From Methanothrix sp. (lineage in GTDB: Archaea > Halobacteriota > Methanosarcinia > Methanotrichales > Methanotrichaceae): 64,000 bases of DNA. The stretch lies in contig OY821645.1 in the NCBI GenBank assembly GCA_963682135.1, forward strand, positions 192,001 to 256,000, read 5' to 3'. Below the pieces are notes generated by a model, which was not told the origin of the DNA, did not search any database, and was given only the letters and a program-made list of their open reading frames with translations. A program made the translations under genes and the position numbers. Positions 1 to 10,002 of the stretch are shown one piece after another. Numbering within the stretch: the stretch's first letter is position 1; every line of letters starts with the position of its first letter.

Positions 1-1
1 T

Positions 2-344
2 CTTTTGGAATTCGCGAACGAACTGGTAGAAATATATCTACCTCCAGAAGTTGACAAAAACCGAGACAATACAGCCAATAGAATTGAAGCAGTTCTAGCT
101 CAGCAATATCATCAGTTGGGGATCGACTGAGATTCCGTTCCTTGAAGCACTATTACGCTATTGGAGAACTGTTAGTGATATCGTTCAACGCCAAGAGCAT
201 GGTGCTCAGAGGGATGGAGCATTATTAACTGGAGAAGACGGACGCAGAGTGGTTTTTCAGACAGCTGTCGTGATGTTTGAAATTGATAGGGCATTATCGA
301 GAACTAGAACAAAGGGTAAGAGAAAAGGCCAATCTGATCTATGA
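2..344 (+). pseudogene. 3' part of a frameshifted gene, possibly Abi_C/HEPN-like
   Basis: LLEFANELVEIYLPP...QYHQLG continues as STEIPFLEALLRYWRTVSDIVQRQEHG...RRVVFQTAVVMFEIDRAL if one G is removed from the G4 run at 118-121. Confidence 0.5.
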
Positions 345-517
345 TGCATTTTTTGCCATCCGCACGGCAAACGAGATCGATGAGCTTTTCGCGAAGATCG
401 ATGCAAGAGTCCGCTCTGGCAGGAAGCAGGCTTGCGCTGCGAAGGCGGCCTCCGGCCATTTCAGGATAAGCGAGTGTAGCCACCGGGAAAAGCCCAGGAT
501 ATCGCAGCGATCCTGAA

Positions 518-2165
518 CCTAAGCTCCCCGAAATTTAGGCATATCTGATCAATTTTCGCCATCGATGACCAAAAACTATAAATAGTATGCTGTGCCTAAA
601 TACAACATGAAATCTTTTATTCGAACCAAAAAGATAAATGGCCTGGAATACATATATGAAATTACACCTTATTACGATAAGGAAAAGAAGCAAATTCGGC
701 AGAAAAGCAAATACTTGGGAAAGAATGTCAATGGAGTTCCCGTGAAGGTTCGCGCCAAAGACCAAATCCCCAAGAAAGTGCTATCGCATGGCGAATTCGT
801 TCCACTCAAGAAGATCACAGAGGACCTTAAGCTAGAAAAGATCCTCTCTGATGTTCTTCCTGGTAAAGAAGTCCGGCCGATTTTGACACTGGCAATGAAC
901 TATGCCACACACCCCCGAGCACTAACCCATATCCAGAGCTGGTATGAAGGTACGGTCATGTCTGAAGACCATCCGAATCTTCCCTTATCATCACAGAGCC
1001 TTTCACGAATGCTAAGCAGTATCGGTGAAGGTACTGTGAATCTGGAATTCTCTCGCAAACTCATTGAGCAAGTATCCACAGCCAGCACGCTAGTCTACGA
1101 TATAACCTCCTTTTCGTCTTACTCTCAGAGCATCAGCCTCCTTGAATACGGCTATAATCGAGATGGCCTCGACCTGCCTCAAATCAATCTGTCTCTAGTC
1201 GTGGACAAAGATCTGGGCATACCGTTGATGTATGATCTCTACCCAGGAAGCATCGCAGATGTATCTACGCTTAAGAATACTATCAAGAAAATGAATGCAC
1301 AGGGCGTCAGAAATTATACTCTGATCATGGATAGAGGCTTCTTTTCAACCGACAATATCGAGGAGATGATATCTGCAGATCTGTCGTTCATTATTCCGCC
1401 AACGAGTAATCTCAAGAACGTCAAAGAAGCGATATCTGCTATCCACAAAAGCATTGACGATCCAGAGCATCTAAAACTCTATGAAAAAGAGCCGCTGTTT
1501 GTGATGCCTGTAGAGATCGATGTTGGTGAAAACAAGCTGAACGGATATGCATATTACGATCAGAAAAGAGAGCAGCAGGAAAGAAATACGTTTTATAAGC
1601 GACTCTACGATTTGATGGAAGTGCTCAAGTCCAAGAACCTGAAACCCTGGATGAATCCTGGAGAAGTTTTCAGGGCGACTGCGAAAAGAGATGCCAAGTT
1701 TATAGAATGGAAAGCAATAGACGGTAAGTTTCAGGTATCACTTAGAAAAAATGCGGTCTCCCAGGCTATTAATAAAATGGGAAAGTTTATCTTGCTTTAT
1801 CGAGGCGAGTTCACGTGGGTGGAATGTCTTGCGCTTTATAGAAGCAAGGATATCGTTGAAAAGGGATTCGATGTTCTGAAGAACGACATCGATTTGATGC
1901 CCGCGAACCTGAGGACCAACAGTAGTCTAAGGGGCTACCTATTCATTTCATTCCTTGCTCTGATCTTGAGGATGAAGCTCATGCGAATGATGATCGATGC
2001 CGAGCTGAATAAAAGATACTCGGTTGAGGGATTGTTCACTGAACTCGAAAAAATCAAGATCATGGTCTTGCCGGATGGAGAAAGAATCACGACCGAGATC
2101 ACTAAGAAACAGCGTCAAATTCTGGATGCCATTCATATGTGTGCCTAAAAAATGGGGAGGTCAGG
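518..2165 (+). mobile_element. IS1634-family insertion sequence
   Basis: Imperfect 24-bp TIRs (cctaagctccccgaaatttaggca vs reverse complement of right end cctgacctccccattttttaggca); 6-bp TSD cctgaa at 512-517 and 2166-2171. Confidence 0.93.
592..2148 (+). CDS. IS1634-family DDE transposase
   Basis: 518 aa; YDITSFSSY, YGYNRDG, MDRGF and YRSKDIVEKGF motifs. Confidence 0.93.
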   Translation: MPKYNMKSFIRTKKINGLEYIYEITPYYDKEKKQIRQKSKYLGKNVNGVPVKVRAKDQIPKKVLSHGEFVPLKKITEDLKLEKILSDVLPGKEVRPILTLAMNYATHPRALTHIQSWYEGTVMSEDHPNLPLSSQSLSRMLSSIGEGTVNLEFSRKLIEQVSTASTLVYDITSFSSYSQSISLLEYGYNRDGLDLPQINLSLVVDKDLGIPLMYDLYPGSIADVSTLKNTIKKMNAQGVRNYTLIMDRGFFSTDNIEEMISADLSFIIPPTSNLKNVKEAISAIHKSIDDPEHLKLYEKEPLFVMPVEIDVGENKLNGYAYYDQKREQQERNTFYKRLYDLMEVLKSKNLKPWMNPGEVFRATAKRDAKFIEWKAIDGKFQVSLRKNAVSQAINKMGKFILLYRGEFTWVECLALYRSKDIVEKGFDVLKNDIDLMPANLRTNSSLRGYLFISFLALILRMKLMRMMIDAELNKRYSVEGLFTELEKIKIMVLPDGERITTEITKKQRQILDAIHMCA

Positions 2166-2303
2166 CCTGAACGAGGTGCGGCCTTCCCGAGAACTTCACC
2201 ATCGACTGGAGGGATGGTACTGAAGGCCGGTCGTTGCCCCTCAATACGCGAAACCACCAAAACCTCTTTCGCTAGATCTCCTAATAAAGGAATAGGAGAT
2301 CAT

Positions 2304-2798
2304 ATGATAGACATACCGACTTGCCTAAACGAGGACGATAAAAATGTTTTAAAGACCATATATGAAACAACTCTAACGACAGGGAAGACGTTTATCAATT
2401 TGAGCGAAATATCCGATCGATTTGGCAGGCTTGGAATAACGAAAGAAGTAATACAAGAATCACTCGAAATGTTAAGCGGACTCGGGTACATAAGGGCGGA
2501 CTCTTGTCAGATAGGGATAATAGCTCTTCATGCCACAGGAAGAGGCTTTGCCTATTACGTCGATGAGTTTGAAAACAAATATCTTCCTGACTTCGTGTCT
2601 GTTGGTGAGCAAATTGTCAATTCTGGTGTGAAGTCAAATCTCGATATAATGAACTCACTAAATCAACCTTTAGTCATTATCGACATGATTCTCGATTATT
2701 ACAAAGAATTGGGCCACCTAAAATTATCAAATACATTTGGTTCTACTTTTATAGGAAGCTCATCAATATCATTCAAGCGCAGGTTTAGAAATAAATAG
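2304..2798 (+). CDS. hypothetical protein, winged-helix-like
   Basis: ATG after AGGAG; 164 aa; ESLEMLSGLGYI and DMILDYYKELGHL resemble wHTH helices. Confidence 0.6.
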   Translation: MIDIPTCLNEDDKNVLKTIYETTLTTGKTFINLSEISDRFGRLGITKEVIQESLEMLSGLGYIRADSCQIGIIALHATGRGFAYYVDEFENKYLPDFVSVGEQIVNSGVKSNLDIMNSLNQPLVIIDMILDYYKELGHLKLSNTFGSTFIGSSSISFKRRFRNK

Positions 2799-3039
2799 GC
2801 ATTTGTATTGAATTGAGGAGAGAGGATGCTAAAGTTGTTGGCGAAGGCCAAGCATCTAGTCAACTGGTGCAAATAGGTCCTGGGTGTGAGTGGGCCTTCC
2901 CAAGAGCAGATTTCAGTCTAGAATGGCGGATGATGTCGTTTTCTAGTTTGGCATAGGCAATTTGATTCACGCCCATCATCGGATAAAACCAGCATCAATC
3001 AAGCTATTCACAGGAACTAAACACATACTAAATCTTTAG

Positions 3040-4062
3040 TTAAATCAAACTGGACGTTAGCGATTTGCGTTCTTTCTCGGATTTGCATAAGGTTAGGCTC
3101 GCTAATTTGACCGAATTAATTGGAACGGCATATACTTGTGTATAATTATGATTGGACTCATTAAAGTCCGGCCCCTGTTTCTCAATAAAATAATAGATTC
3201 CATCTTGGTGCATAAAAAAGATTAGAGACTTATTAGAGAGATTTATACGTGAATCGTTCATCAATAATTTTAACTCATATCTGCCTGGGTCGCCCTCATA
3301 TAGCAAGGGTTTGCCTTGTACCAAGCGAATTGCGTCTTCAGTGCCCATTTTAACAACCAACGAATCGTTAAAAAATATAAACATTATAAAGAATAATAAA
3401 AGAAATAGATAGATAAAAAATTCAGATTTTTGTCCATTCTGCGAAGGCTTGGAAGACCCAAATGGTCGCCTACGAATAGTTAATAAGTTCTTTGCAGCAT
3501 CAATATAACGATCTCTCCTGAGGCTAAATGCAAAACAAAGAAAAATATAGAGCGATATGAGAATATACAATCCAAACTCATCATTTTCCGCCAGGACATA
3601 GTTTTCCTCAATAATGCTATTTAAAATATAATTCTTATATTCGTAAGCAAGGAGCATAATTGTGTAGGTTATAATTGAAGAAATCGATAGCACCAACAAT
3701 TTGTTCGATCTATAAAATAGTACTATCGATTGCCAGTTTAAACGTGGCCAATTGGATTTGCCTATCATGGCAGTAATAATTTGTGTAATAAATTCAAATA
3801 GTATTATTATAAAAACAATCGCAAAAGGCATAAAAAGGAAAAACGAAAAATTCCAAAACAAAAGATCCAACATATTAAGGAGATAAAAATTAATAGGCAA
3901 AGCTGTACGTTCATCGGGAAATGAAAAGATGCTGAAGAAAGCTTCATTGTAACATATAATAAAAAGATAAAGGAAAATTGAAAATAATAATAATAATAAT
4001 TTAACTACATCATGGCTATTTTGCTTCATCTTTGAGTCATCATGTTTTCTCTGATTGTACAT
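3040..4062 (-). CDS. AT-rich multi-pass membrane protein
   Basis: 340-aa ORF with about 5 hydrophobic segments; very low GC. Confidence 0.7.
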   Translation of the reverse strand: MYNQRKHDDSKMKQNSHDVVKLLLLLFSIFLYLFIICYNEAFFSIFSFPDERTALPINFYLLNMLDLLFWNFSFFLFMPFAIVFIIILFEFITQIITAMIGKSNWPRLNWQSIVLFYRSNKLLVLSISSIITYTIMLLAYEYKNYILNSIIEENYVLAENDEFGLYILISLYIFLCFAFSLRRDRYIDAAKNLLTIRRRPFGSSKPSQNGQKSEFFIYLFLLLFFIMFIFFNDSLVVKMGTEDAIRLVQGKPLLYEGDPGRYELKLLMNDSRINLSNKSLIFFMHQDGIYYFIEKQGPDFNESNHNYTQVYAVPINSVKLASLTLCKSEKERKSLTSSLI

Positions 4063-4142
4063 TACAATGTAGCACTATGTGACTCTGTTATTATTTAATG
4101 TTACCCCGAAATTTGCATTACAGGCGATATAGAGCAATAACC

Positions 4143-4468
4143 GCATTGGACCTCGCGGCCATATGGCTGAGGTGAAGAGTATGCAATCTGAATTCGAAGA
4201 CTACCGCGCCCGTGCGGCAAAAGAACAGGCCTTCGGTCGCAGGAGAATCGCAGCTTTCGAAAAGGGCAAAATCCAGCCTGCGCAGAAGGATCGAGGCGAA
4301 GTGCTGAAAGCCCTCTTGGCCGCGAACGGTGGCAAAATGTTCGCAAAGGATGCCCGTCATCAGATGCGACTGCCTGAAAACATATTCTCAGAACTTCTGA
4401 AGACTCAGAAAGATTCTATCCATGCAAGGCATTTTCACCTTGACAGGAGGCGGATAGTACTTGAGTAA
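4143..4468 (+). pseudogene. coiled-coil/HTH-like protein with 5' frameshift
   Basis: ORF 4163-4468 (LKALLAANGGKMFAKDARHQMRL...FSELL); upstream ALDLAAI joins it after a 1-nt insertion. Confidence 0.5.
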
Positions 4469-4563
4469 ATATAATTCCCTTCTTATTACTTCAGCTGAAG
4501 TAATTCGCGAGAGACCAAAAGGTTTTTCGCTAAAACCTCTGATTATCCGAAAGGCGAAAGATA

Positions 4564-4965
4564 ATGATGGGGCAGATATTATCAGTGTTAGCAACACTAA
4601 TTCTTTTAGTGTCTGGTACTTACGGCACGGAACCAGTGCCTTATAAAGACACGCTTGACTTGATGCTGCGTGTATATCTCCCTGGAACGGGTGCACAGGC
4701 CATAACGCAGGGTGATGAAGTTGTTATTTGTCTTACCAATCCAGAAGAAGATGCGACCGTATCTGGGGTCAATGATTTGCAGGACCATATAGGAAGCCTG
4801 GCTAAAGAGTTGGGCAAATCCTTCCATGTCAAGAAAGTTATCGCACATATTCAATTTGCGTCGGGAAATGAGACCATACATTACACGTTCGAAGTGACGC
4901 TTAATTTGGTCGGGGATAGTGCAACTGCTGACCTGAGCAAAACCTCCAAAAAATCGATATCATAA
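4564..4965 (+). CDS. secreted hypothetical protein
   Basis: 133 aa with N-terminal signal peptide. Confidence 0.6.
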   Translation: MMGQILSVLATLILLVSGTYGTEPVPYKDTLDLMLRVYLPGTGAQAITQGDEVVICLTNPEEDATVSGVNDLQDHIGSLAKELGKSFHVKKVIAHIQFASGNETIHYTFEVTLNLVGDSATADLSKTSKKSIS

Positions 4966-5200
4966 AAATATCCAGTATCTTTGCTATATGGCAGAAATGC
5001 CTTGGTCTGCTATTACTTTGCCTCGGACTTCACGGGATGCTGTCATAGGTACTAATAGGTACTTGTAGCGGTGACGTTGCCAGAAGATGCGAGGATATTT
5101 TTAGAACAGGAATCTGAAGAAACCGGAGTGCAGCTAAGCAATTTGCTGAGTTATATTGCAGTTAATTATGTGAGAGGATAGAAAAGAAGAGATCTATTAA

Positions 5201-5623
5201 TTAAAATCCGCCCCGTTCAATATGCGAGATCACACGTTTCGATCTCCTAATAACATCAGCAGTTGCATCGTCTAGGTTGCCTATTTTTCTAACATCGTCA
5301 TCATAATCGACGTTGCCTCTAAAAACGCGCATAATATTCAGATCTTTTCCAATTATCAATCTTGTGCCTTCCACATCGGATTTACTTTCATCCAAATCCC
5401 CTTTATAATACTTGACTAAGTATTTGTGATGATCGTGTCTAAGAGGAAACGGATTATTATCTTTAGTTAGCATATAATTTCTGGCATTACAAAAGGCAGC
5501 ATAGTACGCTCTGCTTATTGAAGCCCGTAGTTTAGCTTCATCCGTTCTTGACTCGGCCAAATGCTCTGCTAAGTCTAAATAGTGTTTCCAGCAAAATTCT
5601 ACTGGTACTGCAGTTTCACACAT
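5201..5623 (-). CDS. HEPN-domain protein
   Basis: RASISRAYYAAF and RGNVDY motifs. Confidence 0.8.
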   Translation of the reverse strand: MCETAVPVEFCWKHYLDLAEHLAESRTDEAKLRASISRAYYAAFCNARNYMLTKDNNPFPLRHDHHKYLVKYYKGDLDESKSDVEGTRLIIGKDLNIMRVFRGNVDYDDDVRKIGNLDDATADVIRRSKRVISHIERGGF

Positions 5624-6186
5624 ATATTTACATAAGGATCATTCGAATCCTTATTCCATCTGACATCTTCAACTCTATCTAATAGTTCAATCGCATCATG
5701 CACTGGGAGAGACGTTTCTACAGAAACCACGATATCCCTTTCGCTAGAATGCGGGGGGTCTGAGAACACTTCAAGGGTTATTTTTTCAGATGGAAACTCC
5801 TTCCGTATTTTCGAGTATATAGTGGATAACATCCCTCTTAGAGTATTGTTACCACTCAGAAACGATTTAACTTGTATGGGTTCTCGAAATTCATATTGCT
5901 CACCGAGCCATTCAACCGCGCCACGAACCACATCATCGATCTCGGCATTTATACTAGCATCTGCAATTGAATGGATCGCGTTCACCACCGGGTTGGAATA
6001 GGTTCCTATCGATCTGTCTTCTTGAAAATTGTTATATATATCTGGTTCATTGGGTCTGTACATAAATCTGTTCTGGTTCGAAGTCCCGGCAGCGCTCTGC
6101 TTTGAGACCGGCCCTCCGATTGAGACAATCGGTGTGCGGATTCTTGCAAACCGCTCACCTACATTGATTCCCGTACCATATTTCAT
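5599..6186 (-). CDS. hypothetical protein, putative HEPN partner/antitoxin
   Basis: 195 aa; overlaps both neighbours; C-terminal KIRKEFP-LEVFSDP-ELLDRVEDVRW domain. Confidence 0.6.
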   Translation of the reverse strand: MKYGTGINVGERFARIRTPIVSIGGPVSKQSAAGTSNQNRFMYRPNEPDIYNNFQEDRSIGTYSNPVVNAIHSIADASINAEIDDVVRGAVEWLGEQYEFREPIQVKSFLSGNNTLRGMLSTIYSKIRKEFPSEKITLEVFSDPPHSSERDIVVSVETSLPVHDAIELLDRVEDVRWNKDSNDPYVNICVKLQYQ

Positions 6187-6560
6187 TTATGTGCATCCTT
6201 CTTTGCGCGCGCAGAAATAGCTTCTTCAGCCTCTGTTATTTTCCCATTGAGTAACACAACGAGATCTCTCGCAAAGGTCGCATTCATGACTATACCAAAT
6301 TTAACATCTCGCGTATAGTCCCCCGCTTCCACAAAAACCGATTCCATCACAAGTCCTTCATCTTCGGAAACCGCAATCTTTTGCTCAGCGGGTCTATCTC
6401 TCGATTCAAGATGGAAATCGCACACGATTTCCCCGCGCGCTGTTATATTGCATATTGCTCCATTGATGAACGCTAAATTGTAATTGGGTGATCTCTGTGA
6501 GAAGATGCTGAATCTACGTAGATTCTCTGCTGGCTTTCCGTTCTCAACGATTTCATCCAT
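6183..6560 (-). CDS. DUF3467-like small protein
   Basis: FINGA...GEIVCDF...IVMNATFARDLVVLL pattern; GAGGTGA SD; 4-nt overlap with next gene. Confidence 0.55.
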   Translation of the reverse strand: MDEIVENGKPAENLRRFSIFSQRSPNYNLAFINGAICNITARGEIVCDFHLESRDRPAEQKIAVSEDEGLVMESVFVEAGDYTRDVKFGIVMNATFARDLVVLLNGKITEAEEAISARAKKDAHK

Positions 6561-6699
6561 GTGATCACCTCAGTTTGCTTGCCGATGGATTTGCATGTAT
6601 TTACCTCTTGTGATATCGAGGTATAAAAAAATTTCTACTAAAGTTCTATGAAAATGGTTGCTGATTTGTATTACCAATTTACTGCATATCTATGTCACC

Positions 6700-6745
6700 T
6701 TACGTGCAAGCTCGCGACTTTACGTGCAGAAGGGGATTACGTGCA
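6700..6745. repeat. three direct repeats of ttacgtgca
   Basis: Copies at 6700, 6720 and 6737 in a divergent intergenic region. Confidence 0.8.
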
Positions 6746-6804
6746 AAGCCGTTCATCCAAAAGACTTTTCCTCAGAGACGGACCACTTGTAACAAGGTGA
6801 TTTA

Positions 6805-7298
6805 ATGGGATCCGAAATACCACAGAGCATCTCAAGACTTTTTAGTGGAGATGAGGTAGTAAGCATGGTGGTCGAGCCGTCAAGTTTCAAGCCTAAGATC
6901 CACCCCACCAAACTTATCATAACAAACCATAGAATCGTGATCTATAAGCCGGATTCGTAGGATCTGAGACGGAAGAGTATCCCTTCGAGTCAATAGATAA
7001 AATTGATCACAAAAAAGGCTTCATGCGCTCTGAAATTGAAATTCATACACATGGCAAGAAGATTGAGCTGGACAATATTTCTAATGACGATGCAGTTAAG
7101 GCCATCAGCATTATTCGTCAGAATATGCAGACCCACAAGACTGCCCAGAAAACCGTGATTTTGCAGGCACCCACGGCCCCCTCTACACAAGAAGATCCTG
7201 TTGCTAAGCTCAAGCAGCTCAAGGAAATGCTTGATGCCGGCCTGGTCAGTCAAGAAGAGTACGACAAGACCAAAGCGGCAGTTCTTGCCAGGATGTGA
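6805..7298 (+). pseudogene. PH-like + SHOCT domain protein, frameshifted
   Basis: AAGGTGA SD; LIITNHRIVIYKP[fs ~6951]FVGSETEEYPF...; C-terminal SHOCT KLKQLKEMLDAGLVSQEEYDKTK. Confidence 0.75.
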
Positions 7299-7618
7299 CG
7301 ATACAAACCCGGTAGGCTCCGCCTATCCGGTATTTTCGCCATAACATTCATTTAGGTAAGATTCGGCGCACCTTTCGCCGATCCTCATTTCGTACCGTAC
7401 ATAAATTATATCCTGTGGGGCATGCCGCTGTAGTAAAGGTACGTCTCATCAACCCTATTTTTATAAACCACCCATTTTTACCAGCCAAGCTCTTTTCATT
7501 TTCGCGAGACCGCAACAAGAGCTAGCCGAGCTAGCATCTGCCCCCTGGCGTGCGTCCATCCGTGCTCCTGCCTGCCCAAGACCACGCGGCGATCCACGCA
7601 TAGTCACTACTACGAATT

Positions 7619-7756
7619 ATGGGCCAATGGAAGAGGTTCTTTATCCAAGAAGACCCAGTTGCCAAGCTCAAGCAACTCAAAGAGGTGCTGGACGCCGGGC
7701 TGGTCAGCCAAGATGAGTATGACAAGACCAAGGCCGCGGTTCTGGCGAGGATGTAG
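7619..7756 (+). CDS. SHOCT-only fragment, duplicate of 7188-7298
   Basis: 45 aa: MGQWKRFFIQEDPVAKLKQLKEVLDAGLVSQDEYDKTKAAVLARM. Confidence 0.55.
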   Translation: MGQWKRFFIQEDPVAKLKQLKEVLDAGLVSQDEYDKTKAAVLARM

Positions 7757-7764
7757 GCCAGCTT

Positions 7765-7950
7765 ATGCCAAATCCTTTTATCTCTGCAATTCCAGGTATT
7801 GGTATGCACAGGTATCACGTAATTGGAGAAAGAATACCAGAAGAAGATAGGAAGAAGGCCTTAAGTGCCCTTCCACCTGAAGTACGGGATGCCTATCTGG
7901 ATGTCACCAGAAGTCATCGCCGGTTGCTAGAGCGCCTGGCTCAGAGGTAA
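7765..7950 (+). CDS. small hypothetical protein
   Basis: 61 aa; C-terminal HRRLLERLAQR amphipathic helix. Confidence 0.4.
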   Translation: MPNPFISAIPGIGMHRYHVIGERIPEEDRKKALSALPPEVRDAYLDVTRSHRRLLERLAQR

Positions 7951-8073
7951 TCGAATATATTTCTCTGCCGGGCTTTGAACCAGGTCTTACTCTTCTTCTT
8001 CAGCCATCCCTCGATGCACACTATCTCACATTCTTTCTCAGTATCGGAGATCTGTTGAAGGGCGTTGATGATT

Positions 8074-8382
8074 ATGAAGTTGGCATATATTCTACTCGCC
8101 TTGGCTTTACTGGTGCCCCTGGCTTTATCGGCACCAGCAAACGACGGCGACATAAATCTTGCAAGAGAAGCAATTGATGTAACACATTCTGACCACTCCC
8201 TGGGCGAACCCCTTACAGCATCCGAAAAGGTATTTGTGGGCTCTACTAAATCCGATAAATATCATTATCCGAGTTGTAGCTCAGCCAAGAACATCCGCCC
8301 GGAGAACGAGATTTGGTTCTCCAGCTCGGCGGATGCGAGATCACACGGCTACGTGCCATGCGGTCGATGCAATCCACCATGA
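8074..8382 (+). CDS. secreted protein with Ada-type metal-binding domain
   Basis: Signal peptide; FVGSTKSDKYHYPSC...GYVPCGRCNPP. Confidence 0.8.
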   Translation: MKLAYILLALALLVPLALSAPANDGDINLAREAIDVTHSDHSLGEPLTASEKVFVGSTKSDKYHYPSCSSAKNIRPENEIWFSSSADARSHGYVPCGRCNPP

Positions 8383-8870
8383 ATCTTTGAGGGGAACACA
8401 TCGATCTATTTTTCTACCGCAGAGGAAAAAGAAGTATTTGGAGAATTCTGCCAGGGAGCGCGGCGCTACCCTGAGAAAGCACTTTCTTCAGGGATTGCTG
8501 GCGCTCAAGGATAAGAGCAACTCCTCTTCTCGTCCGGGCCTGCTAAAGGAGTCTGAGACAGACCCTGAAGGCGGACATGTCCAAAGCCCAACCGGCCAAG
8601 CTGAACTCAACCGGATTTCCGCTCTGCCATCCGCGCCGCCGAGAGGACCGCCCAGGTGGCTCCTGCCTGCCCGGCACCTCGCAGCGATCCTGGCCGGGGT
8701 GCTGGAGAATTTGCGGTCAGGCCAACGAATGAGAATGATAAGCTATCGGCATTGCCAAAATAAGTTCCTAGAATTGCGACGGGTTACACCAAGAATCTTT
8801 CAGATACCACAGCAAGCCATCGGCGCCTGCCTTAAATAGGTAAATCCACATGGAAGGTTAACGTGAAATA

Positions 8871-9380
8871 ATGCCATTAATTGATATTCAATTAGCTGTA
8901 TCCGGCTTGGATTCTAGAACTCTGGAGCAAGCGGGGATCATTGCGAACTTTTTCGCAGGCTTCCTTCTGGCCTCTGAGTATTTCCTTATTAATGATAAAA
9001 TCATTAAGATAAATACTTATCTAGAGCGTAATTTATCAAAAATCTACAATAGGTTTTCTAAAAGAGTTAAGATATATTCAAAATGGAATAGACGGTTGAT
9101 ATTAGTGGTCTTTTTGGTGATTGCTTTCCTGTCGGTTTATCAAACCCTATTTTATTCCTCGTCCAGCTTGCTGGATTACATCGCATACTACTACGGCCTG
9201 GCAAAACATATTCTTATACCTTTACGCAGAGCGCTCCTGGTATCATTAGCGATCTTAGCAGTTATGTTCATTATCCTGTTCGTGGCTCGATCCACACCAA
9301 AGAAGATGATTGGCGCATTCGCTATCCTGCTCTTTATATTTGGGAATATGTTGCTCTTTCTCAGTACTATCTTTGAGTAA
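8871..9380 (+). CDS. membrane protein
   Basis: 169 aa with 4 hydrophobic segments. Confidence 0.65.
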   Translation: MPLIDIQLAVSGLDSRTLEQAGIIANFFAGFLLASEYFLINDKIIKINTYLERNLSKIYNRFSKRVKIYSKWNRRLILVVFLVIAFLSVYQTLFYSSSSLLDYIAYYYGLAKHILIPLRRALLVSLAILAVMFIILFVARSTPKKMIGAFAILLFIFGNMLLFLSTIFE

Positions 9381-9712
9381 AATCAGATGCCTGCACAGAA
9401 GCGAAATATGCCTGGACCATATCGATCGCATTGTGCAGCCGTTCCTCCCTCAGCTACAATCCTGCAGGCACCCCGACCGGAAAAAGACTGCGTTACAGCC
9501 TGCCATGACCTCGCAGCTATACTGGCCAAGATAGCGCCGCCAGGAAGTGCAACTTCGAGAGAGATGAGGCTCGACAAACAACTCTCGGTCTTTCCTCTTA
9601 CTGGAACATAACTTAAATCAGAATCTTTGATAAGTACTTTGCTTGATAAATATGTATGATTCTGTATGGTATATAACTAATTAATGCAAGCGTCACATAA
9701 TAGCTTTGATCC

Positions 9713-9785
9713 CTGTTGATGAATGAAATAAGGCCCAAACGCCCCCGCCACCTGGGAGGGAGAGCAGGGAGGGTTTGAGCCGCTT
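9713..9785 (-). ncRNA. candidate hairpin sRNA (copy A)
   Basis: GGCUCAAAC...GUUUGGGCC stem with CU-rich loop; minus-strand BRE/TATA (aaaaggtttttatt) about 24 nt upstream. Confidence 0.45.
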
Positions 9786-10002
9786 CTCTTTTCCGCTGAT
9801 AGTGAATAAAAACCTTTTGGCCAAACGACCAAAACAAAATATAGGAGTTCCGGCCAATAGACTTTTTCTATGCGCCTCTGATCATGTATTTATCCTATGC
9901 AATTTATTTGTTCGAGGTATCATATGAACTTTTTTAAGAATGTATGTCGGCTGCATCTATGGGTCCATCCATCGCGCCAATGTACCACAGCCACCAAAAT
10001 CA

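Noticed and set aside
277-516. 79-aa ORF, and similar ORFs 8234-8839 and 9387-9611
   Set aside because: Chimeric frames running across decayed repeat DNA with no coherent protein
492-9533. Classical integron attC array
   Set aside because: The repeats are not palindromic, lack RYYYAAC/GTTRRRY boxes, and no integrase is in the window
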